In this document: positions 46,818-55,506 of the stretch, piece after piece
Position numbering within the stretch: position 1 is the stretch's first letter
Layout of the letters: every line of letters begins with the position of its first letter
DNA from: Pseudomonadota bacterium
GTDB taxonomy: Bacteria > Pseudomonadota > Gammaproteobacteria > Burkholderiales > Rhodocyclaceae
Reading direction: 5' to 3'
DNA length: 64,000 bases
Assembly (NCBI GenBank): GCA_026399515.1
Contig: JAPLQT010000121.1
Span: 54,938 to 118,937, forward strand
The notes under the pieces: generated by a model
Told to the model about the DNA's origin: nothing
What the model saw: only the letters and a program-made list of their open reading frames with translations
The model's database searches: none
Translations under genes and position numbers: made by a program

Positions 46818-47074
46818 CGCACCGCGTCGTGGGGCTGACCTGACTCCTGGAATGGAGATGCGGCTCGGCAAGCACTCTTTCCCGTTGTCCACATGCGGTG
46901 GCATCTTCAGAACACACTCGTTCGGGAAGATGCAAGTGCTCTGCACTCGGGGCGTTCACGAAAACGGGCATCTCCAATTTTGCGTCCACTGTCCGCCAGA
47001 CGACAGTGAAACGTCGTCGAGGCGACTAGGATACCGACCATAAAAAGACTTTGTTGTCCTTAATGGGAGGTTTC

Positions 47075-48601
47075 ATGGGATCGTCACTTGCAGAAAATGG
47101 ATTGGGCCGCCAACAAGACCCGGGCGGCATCGTTAGCTATTTCCTGGGAAATATCCGTGCGCAGGGCATGACGGCGCGCAAGACGCTCATCGGCTACGTC
47201 GCCGCGTGGGCGGGGCTGGCAACGATCCTGTGGGGCGTGGATCTGTCCCCGGCGATAACCACCTATCCGGCCAAAGCCGTGTTGGCCGTGATTGTCTGGG
47301 CTTGCATCGTCTGGGTGACCGAGGCCGTGCCGGTGGGAGTGACCGGCCTGATAATCCCGATGCTATTGGTGGTGACGAAGGCGGTGCCGAAGATTCCGGA
47401 GGCCTTCGGCGGATTCGTTCTCGACGTCAGTTTCATGACCTTGGGGGCGTTCATGTTCGCTGCCATCCTCAGCGCGGCGAAGCTCGATACGCGCATTGCC
47501 CTTTTCGTCCTGAACAAGATGAAGGCGGTGCGGGTCGGCAAAATCATCGTCGCATTATTTTCCACCAACATGGCCTTGTCGCTTGCGGTGCCGGCGGCCA
47601 ACGCGCGTTCAGCGACCATGTTGCCGATTGTCAATGGCGTGATCGGCCTGTTCGGCGACGGCGCGGCGGAGAAAAACGCGAAGAAGGCGATCGTCATTTC
47701 TTGCATCGTCTATGCCACGATGGTGGGCGGCATCCTGTTCCTGACCGCCCATCTGCCCAACCTCCTGATGGTGGGGCTGTTCGACAAGCAACTCGGCGTG
47801 CACATATCGTGGATGCAATGGCTGTGGCTGCACCTGCCGATACTCGGCATGTTCCCGGTGATGTACTGGGTCATGAGCTTCACATTTCGCAGCAATAGCG
47901 TGGAAGTTCCAGGCGGTCTGGAACGGATACGTAAGGAACAGGACGAACTTGGCGAGACGCGCAGCCATGAGTGGGTGATCCTCGCCATCTTTGCCTTTGT
48001 GGCGGTGATGTGGATGCTGGAGGACGTCCACAAGATCAAGAGCGGAATGATGACCTTGATGGCGTTGGCGGTGTTTTTCATTCCCGGCATCTTCCCGCTG
48101 AAATGGGTCACGGTGCAGAACAAGACCATCTGGGGTACTTGGCTCTTGCTGTGTGGCGCCCTGTCCTTGTCGTCCGCCATGGGATCGTCGGGGCTCGCCA
48201 GTCAGATGGCGGCGGTCATCTATCCATGGGTGGCGGGGCATGGCTGGATCGCGGCGCTGCTCATTATCATGTTGGCCACCCGCATCATCCGCCTCGGCAT
48301 GCTGAGCAATATCGCCTCCGTCGCCATGCTGGCGCCTGTGTTGCTGGAAATGGCGCCTTTGCTCCACATGAATCCGGTCGCGCTTACCCTGCTGGTCGGA
48401 AACGTCGATACCTTCGCGTTTCTGATTCCGACCCAGGTGGTGGCGGGCGTCGTCGCTTACAGCACCAACACCTTCAGCATGTGGGACTACTTCAAGGTCG
48501 GACTGCCGACCGTCATCGCGGCCATCCTATGGAGCGTATTCGTAATGGCGCCCTGGTATGCATACAACGGCTTCCCGGTCTGGGAGCCGCTGCTGAAATG
48601 A
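47075..48601 (+). CDS. DASS/SLC13-type anion:cation symporter family permease
   Basis: About 508 aa from the ATG preceded by GGGAGG (the ORF-track start at 47051 is TTG). Polytopic. CIVWVTEAVPVGVTGLIIPMLL resembles the DASS signature region. Substrate not inferable. Confidence 0.6.
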   Translation: MGSSLAENGLGRQQDPGGIVSYFLGNIRAQGMTARKTLIGYVAAWAGLATILWGVDLSPAITTYPAKAVLAVIVWACIVWVTEAVPVGVTGLIIPMLLVVTKAVPKIPEAFGGFVLDVSFMTLGAFMFAAILSAAKLDTRIALFVLNKMKAVRVGKIIVALFSTNMALSLAVPAANARSATMLPIVNGVIGLFGDGAAEKNAKKAIVISCIVYATMVGGILFLTAHLPNLLMVGLFDKQLGVHISWMQWLWLHLPILGMFPVMYWVMSFTFRSNSVEVPGGLERIRKEQDELGETRSHEWVILAIFAFVAVMWMLEDVHKIKSGMMTLMALAVFFIPGIFPLKWVTVQNKTIWGTWLLLCGALSLSSAMGSSGLASQMAAVIYPWVAGHGWIAALLIIMLATRIIRLGMLSNIASVAMLAPVLLEMAPLLHMNPVALTLLVGNVDTFAFLIPTQVVAGVVAYSTNTFSMWDYFKVGLPTVIAAILWSVFVMAPWYAYNGFPVWEPLLK

Positions 48602-48681
48602 CGCTTGCGGGCCAGGTGCTGGCGCGGGGTTACAATGGAGGCTCGAATTTCGCCCACCAATGCCCCGCGCGAGGCTCCGGC

Positions 48682-49368
48682 ATGGAAAAACAGTTCGACC
48701 CGAACGAAATCGATCTCGTCCGGCAGTTGCCCGAGAGCGAGAGAACGCTCCTGGAGCGTCATTCCATCCGCAAGAGATACCCCCGGTCGACCATTATTCA
48801 TTCGCCGGGAGATCTGGGCGGGATGGTGAATTTCGTTCTCAGCGGGCGGGTGAAGATTTACAACTTGTCCGCCTGCGGCAAGGAAATCATCTATCGCTTC
48901 TGCAACTCCAACAGCTTCTTCGGTGTTGCGGAGATATTCGGCGGCGAGGAGCGGGAGGTCTTCGCCGGGGCAATGGAAGACACCGAAGTAATGTGTACGG
49001 ACAAGCAGTACTTCGAGAACTTGATCCTTCGCAACCCGGCGCTTACGCTGACGGTGATGCGCATCCTGGGCAACAGGGTGCGACAAGCGCACAAGGCGAT
49101 TCAAAGCTTCGTGTTCTGCGATGTGCGCACCCGCCTCGCCCAGTTGCTCATCAAGCTTGCCCAGATCAACGGCGTCGAAAATCCGGACGGGACGATCACC
49201 TTGCGCAACCGATTCACCCATCAGGAGATGGCCAACATGATTGGCGCCATTCGCCAGACCGTCTCGGAAAATATCAACCACTTCAAACGCAGCGGCTATA
49301 TCCGGGTTGCCGGAGAACGCATTACCCTGATCGACCTCGCCAGCCTCAAGAACCTCCTCGACGATTAG
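48682..49368 (+). CDS. Crp/Fnr family transcriptional regulator
   Basis: I placed the start at the ATG giving MEKQFDPNEIDLVRQLPE. cNMP-binding-like fold text and C-terminal HTH THQEMANMIGAIRQTVSENINHFKRSGYI. The upstream part of ORF 47971..49368 is out-of-frame overlap with the transporter. Confidence 0.8.
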   Translation: MEKQFDPNEIDLVRQLPESERTLLERHSIRKRYPRSTIIHSPGDLGGMVNFVLSGRVKIYNLSACGKEIIYRFCNSNSFFGVAEIFGGEEREVFAGAMEDTEVMCTDKQYFENLILRNPALTLTVMRILGNRVRQAHKAIQSFVFCDVRTRLAQLLIKLAQINGVENPDGTITLRNRFTHQEMANMIGAIRQTVSENINHFKRSGYIRVAGERITLIDLASLKNLLDD

Positions 49369-49471
49369 GCATCGCCTCCCGCGTTATCGCGGTGCATGTC
49401 GTCCAGCAGACAGACCCGGGATGCGCTCTGCGCTAGCATCCATCCACTGTCTATCAACGTGGAGAACTGGC

Positions 49472-50620
49472 ATGGCAATCGAACTCAAGGAGCGGCCGAT
49501 TTTCGTGATCGGCTACGAACGGTCGGGCACGACCCTTCTGATGGCGATGCTTGGTTGTCATCCGCGACTGTCCATGCCCGAGGTGGGATGGTTGTTCCCG
49601 CGCATCTATCCCTGGCGCCACACCTATGGAGATCTGTCGGTGGACGGCAATCTTCGCACCCTGGCGAGCGAGATGCTGTTCGGCCTCAACCAGCCTCTCT
49701 GGGGTATGAGCCTGAACCCGGCAACCGCCGTTGACGAGATACTCTCCCTCGCGCCGGAACGCAGCTTCGCCGGCATATACACCGCCATGCATCTGCGCTA
49801 CGCCAAGGAATTCGGCAACAAGCCGCGCTGGGGACAGAAGACTCCCAATAATCTCTATTTCGTTCCCCAGATATTGGAAAACTTCCCCAACGCCCAGTTC
49901 CTCTTCATCACCCGCGACGGCCGGGATGCTTGCGCCACCAGTATCGAATCGGCATTCGGCGCCGGCAACATCTATGGCGCGGCCTATACCTGGAACGCGG
50001 CCAATGCGTTCGTCATGCCGTTTCGGCAGCGTTATGGCGGTACCTCGACCTGGTTCGACGTCGGGTATGAAGAGTTGGTGCGCGAACCCAAGCGGGTTCT
50101 GCAACAGGTCTGCGACTTCCTGGGCGAATCCTTCGCGCCGGAGATGATGGATTTCTTCCGCACGCCAACCGGCGTGGCGCGAGGCAAGCAACGCGACCAT
50201 GCTCCTCTTGGCCACGCGGTTTCAGACCAGTACGTGGGGCTATACAAGAATTTGCTCAGCCTGCGCGATCAGCAGATCTACGCGGCGGTCGCCGGGGAAA
50301 CCCACCGCAACGCGGGTTACGATCTGGATGTCGAACCGCTCGCCATTTCGGAGCAGGACAAGGCCTTATGGTGGGAGTGGGATGGGCGGTACCGGGCCGC
50401 GCGGCTGGACGGCCCGGACGGCCATCTGGTTTTCGAAAGCTACCGCGACTGGCTGGTGGACCAACGCCAGGTGCGCAAGCAAAAAGGCATCTGGTCGGAC
50501 AAGGACGCCACCCACGAATTTCCCGTCGGGCACGTTGACGAGGAGATCATCGTCGGATTCCGCGCCTGGAAAAAATGGAAGGAGCACTTCAGCATCAAGC
50601 GGCAATACAACAAGAAGTAG
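49472..50620 (+). CDS. Cytoplasmic PAPS-dependent sulfotransferase family protein
   Basis: The start ATG giving MAIELKERPIFVIGYERSGTTLL is preceded by GGAGA. 5'-PSB-like loop YERSGTT and 3'-PB-like FLFITRDGRDA. No signal peptide. Confidence 0.7.
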   Translation: MAIELKERPIFVIGYERSGTTLLMAMLGCHPRLSMPEVGWLFPRIYPWRHTYGDLSVDGNLRTLASEMLFGLNQPLWGMSLNPATAVDEILSLAPERSFAGIYTAMHLRYAKEFGNKPRWGQKTPNNLYFVPQILENFPNAQFLFITRDGRDACATSIESAFGAGNIYGAAYTWNAANAFVMPFRQRYGGTSTWFDVGYEELVREPKRVLQQVCDFLGESFAPEMMDFFRTPTGVARGKQRDHAPLGHAVSDQYVGLYKNLLSLRDQQIYAAVAGETHRNAGYDLDVEPLAISEQDKALWWEWDGRYRAARLDGPDGHLVFESYRDWLVDQRQVRKQKGIWSDKDATHEFPVGHVDEEIIVGFRAWKKWKEHFSIKRQYNKK

Positions 50621-50771
50621 CGCCTCTCGCCGCCGCCGCTTCATCGCGGTGGCGGCAGAAGCGCCTCGCCGTGCCAGCAGCGCCGACTTTCCGCCGCGGA
50701 TATGAAGCGTTCGAAATTCATGCCCTCTTGGCGGCCATCGTAACCCGATGCCTTGCGACGCTTCGGCCGCC

Positions 50772-51932
50772 TCAAAGAACATTCGGCATTCTGCACAGAT
50801 TGCCCGCGGGGAAGGCCGTGATTCCCTCGGCCAGCGGCCACGGCGGCTCGCTGCCGTGGCAGACGACGTACAGGTGATCGAGCTTGAGCACCTCGCGTGC
50901 CGAGCGCATGGATGGCGTGACTGCCGGAGAGCGGGTCAGCTTGACTTCGAAGCCGATGCGTTCCGTCCCGCGCAGAATCAGCAGATCCAGCTCGCCGCCG
51001 GTATGCACGCCCCAGAACCAAGCACCATCGCGCCCAACGCCGGAACGGCGGGCAAGTTCGAGGACGATCAGTCCCTCCCAGGAGGCGCCGCACTTTGGAT
51101 GGGCGCGCAGGGCATCCTGGCTGCCGATACCGAGCAGGCTGTGCAGCAGTCCGGTATCGGCGATGTAAACCTTGGGCGCCTTGATCTCCCGTTTGCCGAC
51201 ATTGGCATGCCACGGCCGCAGGCGGCGAACCAGGAAGGTGCCTTCCAGCACATCCAGCCAGCGCGACACGGTCTTGTCGGTGACGCCCAGCGAACGGGCA
51301 AGCTCGCTGCCATTCCAGGTTTGCCCGTGGTAGTGGGCGAGCATGGTCCAGAAGCGACGCATGGTCGCCGCCGGCAGCGCAAACCCGAGTTGCGCCAGAT
51401 CGCGCTCGAGATAGGTGCGGATCAGCGCGGCGCGCCATTCGGCGCTGGCCGTATCGGTCGCGGCCAACAAGGCGCGCGGAAAGCCGCCGCGCAACCAGCG
51501 CGTGTCGATGTCGCCGACGCCAATCTCGTCCAGGCCAAAGCCTTCGAGCTCGTGAAAACCAATCCTGCCGGCCAGCGACTCGGAGGCGTGGCGCATCAGT
51601 TCCGGCGATGCGCTGCCGAGTATCAGGAAACGCGCCGGACTATCGGGGCGATCCGCCAGCACCCGCAGCAGCGGAAACAGATCTGACCGCCACTGGATCT
51701 CGTCAAGTACCACCAGGCCGCGCAGCGGACGCAGGGCGAACGAGGGGTCGGCCAGTCGCGCCAGATGGTCCGGATCTTCCAGATCGAACAGTGTGCACGG
51801 CCCGTCCCAGACGGCGGATAACTGCCGCGCCAGCGTGGTCTTGCCCACCTGGCGCGGACCGAGCAAGGCCACCACGGGGAAGTCGGTGAGCCGACGGCGC
51901 AGGCGATCGAGATGCGAGGAGCGGGAATCCAT
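50772..51932 (-). CDS. AAA-type ATPase with C-terminal DUF4143 domain
   Basis: 386-aa ORF with Walker A LLGPRQVGKTTLA, Walker B-like LVVLDEIQ, and the typical size and layout of the widespread ATPase-DUF4143 family. Confidence 0.7.
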   Translation of the reverse strand: MDSRSSHLDRLRRRLTDFPVVALLGPRQVGKTTLARQLSAVWDGPCTLFDLEDPDHLARLADPSFALRPLRGLVVLDEIQWRSDLFPLLRVLADRPDSPARFLILGSASPELMRHASESLAGRIGFHELEGFGLDEIGVGDIDTRWLRGGFPRALLAATDTASAEWRAALIRTYLERDLAQLGFALPAATMRRFWTMLAHYHGQTWNGSELARSLGVTDKTVSRWLDVLEGTFLVRRLRPWHANVGKREIKAPKVYIADTGLLHSLLGIGSQDALRAHPKCGASWEGLIVLELARRSGVGRDGAWFWGVHTGGELDLLILRGTERIGFEVKLTRSPAVTPSMRSAREVLKLDHLYVVCHGSEPPWPLAEGITAFPAGNLCRMPNVL

Positions 51933-52163
51933 GGCTGGATACTACCATGAATATTCGGAATACGACTCCGACTTTTCACTGACTATCTGTCAGCGCCAGA
52001 ACCCCGGCTTGCGGCTCGGCGGTGTCAATCCCGGATACGGCAGGACAAGCAGTGTGCGGTCAACAATCCATGCAAATCGAGCGGTGACCGCTCAATTTGC
52101 ACGGGCGATACCGGATCGCCGTCCCACCAGCGCCGTTCCAGGGGATATCGCTTCGCATAACTC

Positions 52164-55100
52164 TTACATGCTGCGTCGGTACTGCCCGCCGACCTCGAAC
52201 AACGCGCTGCTGATCTGTCCTAGCGAGCAGATGCGCACCGCATCGACCAGCACCTCGAAAACGTTGCCGTCGGCGATCACCGTCTGCTTCAGGCGTTGCA
52301 GCATCGCTGCGGACTGCGGCGCATTTCTGGCCAGAAATGCGCCGCAGTCCCGAACGTGCCAACTCGATCTCGATCTGCGCGTCTCCCTTGGGATTGCGGA
52401 AAGTGTTCACGCCGATGATGGGGTAGGAACCGTCGTGCTTCTTGTGCTCGTAGTAGAGCGACTCTTCCTGGATCTTGCCGCGCTGGTAGCCGGTTTCCAT
52501 GGCGCCCAGGACCCCGCCGCGGGCGGCGATGGCCTCGAACTCCTTGAGCACGGCCTCTTCGACGAGGTCGGTCAGCTCGTCGATGATGAAGGCGCCCTGG
52601 TTCGGATTCTCGTTCTTGGCCAGGCCCCATTCGCGGTTGATCACCAGTTGGATGGCCATGGCGCGGCGCACCGATTCGTCGGTCGGGGTGGTGATGGCCT
52701 CGTCGTAGGCGTTGGTGTGCAGGCTGTTGCAGTTGTCGTAGATGGCGATCAGCGCCTGCAGCGTGGTGCGGATATCGTTGAAGGCCATCTCCTGCGCGTG
52801 CAGGCTGCGGCCGCTGGTCTGGATGTGGTACTTGAGCTTCTGGCTACGCTCGTTGGCGCCGTAGCGGTTCTTCATCGCTACCGCCCAGATGCGCCGGGCG
52901 ACGCGGCCGATCACCGTGTATTCGGGGTCCATGCATGCCGCGCGCCAGATAGGCTTCGACATAGGTAAAGCCGTTGGCAAGCGTAAAGGCGAGCTGCGAG
53001 ATCGGGTTGGCGCCGGCCTCGGCGATATGGTAGCCGGAGATCGATACCGAGTAGAAATTCTTGATGTCGTGGTTGACGAAATACTGCTGGATGTCGCCCA
53101 TCATCTTCAGCGCGAATTCCGTCGAGAAGATGCAGGTGTTCTGCCCCTGGTCTTCCTTGAGAATGTCGGCCTGGACCGTGCCGCGTACCGAGGATAGCGT
53201 CCATTCCTTGATCTTTTCGGCTTCGTCCTCGGTCGGATCGCGGCCGTTGTCGCTCTTGAACTTGTCGAACTGCTGCTCGATGGCGGTGTTGAAGAACATC
53301 GCCAGGATCATCGGCGCCGGGCCGTTGATGGTCATCGACACCGAGGTGGTCGGCGCGCACAGGTCGAAGCCCGAGTAGAGCACTTGCATGTCGTCCAGGG
53401 TGGCGATGGAAACGCCGGAGTTGCCGACCTTGCCGTAGATGTCCGGACGCTCGTCCGGATCGAAGCCGTACAGCGTCACCGAGTCGAAGGCGGTGGACAG
53501 GCGCTTGGCCGGCAAACCTTCTGAGACGCGCTTGAAGCGGCGGTTGGTGCGGAAGGCATCGCCTTCGCCGGCGAACATGCGGGTCGGGTCTTCATTCTCG
53601 CGCTTGAAGGCGAACACCCCTGCGGTGAACGGGAAGCTGCCGGGCAGGTTCTCCTTCAGCATGAAGCGCAGCACTTCGCCTTCGTCCTCGAAGCGTGGCA
53701 GGGACACCTTGCGGATCTTGGTGCCGCACAGCGAAGTGGTAGTGAGCGCAGTGCGCATTTCCTTGTCGCGGATTTTCACCACGTATTCGTCCTGAGCGTA
53801 AAGCTCGACGGTCTTGGGCCACATCTCCAGCAGTTTCCTGCTGCGCGGGTCGAGCTGGCCGTCTTTCCATGCGATCAGTTCGTCGAAGTCCTTGGCCTCC
53901 TTGCCGCAGTCAGTGAATATCGCCTTGGACGTCTTCAGCGACTGACGCTCGCGCGCCAGCGTCGCCTGCTGCGCCGTGTGTTCATGATAGGCACGCACGG
54001 CTTCGGCGATCTCGGCCAGGTAACGGACTCGGGCGGTCGGGACGATGGCGCGCGACACCGACGACTGCCGGACGGCGACTTGCGGCAGTTTGCCGGGCTT
54101 GGTCTTGAGGCCGAGCTTCTGTAGACGCGGCAGCAGCGCTTGGTACAAGGCAGTGACGCCGTCATCGTTGAAGCGCGCCGCCATGGTGCCGAACACCGGC
54201 ATTTCCTCGGTCGCCTGGTTGAACAGCTCGCGGTTGCGCTGGTACTGCTTGCGCACGTCGCGCAAGGCATCCTCGGCGCCCTTGCGGTCGAACTTGTTGA
54301 TGGCGACGAAATCGGCGAAATCCAGCATGTCGATCTTCTCGAGCTGGCTCGCCGCGCCGAATTCCGGGGTCATGACATACAGGGAGACGCCGACCAGCGG
54401 CACGATCGCCGCATTGCCCTGGCCGATGCCCGAGGTCTCGATGATCACCAGGTCGAAGCCGGCCAGCTTGCAGGCGGCGATCACCTCCGGCAGCGCCACG
54501 GAAACCTCGGAGCCGGTGTCGCGGGTGGCGAGCGAACGCATGTAGATGTTGGGATGCTCGATGGCGTTCATGCGGATCCGGTCGCCCAGCAGCGCGCCGC
54601 CGGTGCGCTTGCGCGACGGGTCGATGGAAACCACGGCGATGGACAGGTTGTCCTGCTGGTCGAGGCGGAAGCGCCTCACCAGCTCGTCGGTGAGCGAGGA
54701 TTTGCCGGCGCCGCCGGTGCCGGTGATGCCCAGCGTGGGCGTGCCGAGCTTGGCGGCGGCTTCGACGATCTGCTTCTTCAAGGCTGCGGGATAGACGCCG
54801 TTCTCCAGCGCCGTGATGATCTGCGCCAGCTTGCGCCGGTCGCCGCTCTTGAGCGCCTGGAGCACTTCGCCGGGCGGCGGCACGAAGGGTGCGAGATCGA
54901 AATCGGCCTGATGCACGACATCGTTGATCATGCCTTGCAGGCCCAGCGTCTGGCCGTCCTGCGGGGAATACAGGCGGGTCACGCCGTAGTCGTGCAGTTC
55001 CTTGATCTCGGCGGGGACGATCACTCCACCGCCGCCGCCGAAGACCTTGATGTTGGCGCCGCCGTTGGCGCGCAGCAGGTCGAGCATGTACTTGAAGAAT

Positions 55101-55351
55101 TCGAGGTGGCCGCCTTGATAGGAAGTGATGGCGATGCCCTGGACATCTTCCTGCAAGGCCGCATTGACGATCTCGCCGACCGAGCGGTTGTGGCCGAGGT
55201 GGATCACCTCGGCGCCGGTGGCCTGCATGATACGGCGCATGATGTTGATCGAGGCGTCATGACCGTCGAACAGCGCGGCCGCGGTAACGAAGCGGACTTT
55301 TTGCTTCGGCTTGTAGGTGCTTAGCTTGGCGCTTACGCTCAGATCCGTCAT
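52164..55351 (-). pseudogene. icmF: Fused isobutyryl-CoA mutase IcmF (B12 domain - MeaB-like GTPase - mutase barrel) interrupted by two frame-breaking lesions
   Basis: ORF 52844..55351 has the N-terminus [24 protein letters not shown] (B12), GTGGAGKSS (G-protein) and the mutase barrel up to [14 protein letters not shown] 52060..52980 (second frame) resumes at [20 protein letters not shown]... and runs to [10 protein letters not shown] third frame ending at TAA 52164 gives [55 protein letters not shown]. The span is 3188 nt, not a multiple of 3. Confidence 0.75.
52311..52350. repeat. Perfect 40-bp palindrome at the second icmF lesion
   Basis: ggactgcggcgcatttctgg|ccagaaatgcgccgcagtcc. The half at 52311-52330 is native coding sequence (ARNAPQS). 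The half at 52331-52350 is its inverted copy, replacing the expected codons after IELARS. Confidence 0.9.
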
Positions 55352-55412
55352 CTTGCCTCCCTGCGTTTCATCGATTTTCAGACTGCCACTCGGATGGGGA
55401 AATCTACCTTAC

Positions 55413-55430
55413 GTTGACGTAAACGTCAAC
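55413..55430. promoter_or_regulatory. 18-bp palindrome GTTGACGT-AA-ACGTCAAC, candidate operator upstream of icmF
   Basis: Perfect 8-bp arms, 62-79 nt upstream of the icmF ATG (55351), in the 155-nt intergenic gap. Confidence 0.4.
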
Positions 55431-55506
55431 TTGGCCGGCACTTGGATAATTGCCACAAGTTGTTGTTGAATCGCGATTTTATGCCTTCCATCGTCGCGTT
55501 GCCACG

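Noticed and set aside
36946-47074. Calling the 10-kb block a mobile element or prophage.
   Set aside because: By eye I found no integrase, transposase, recombinase, tRNA target or flanking direct/inverted repeats. The only support is the AT-richer borders and the accessory gene content, so I describe it as an accessory block.
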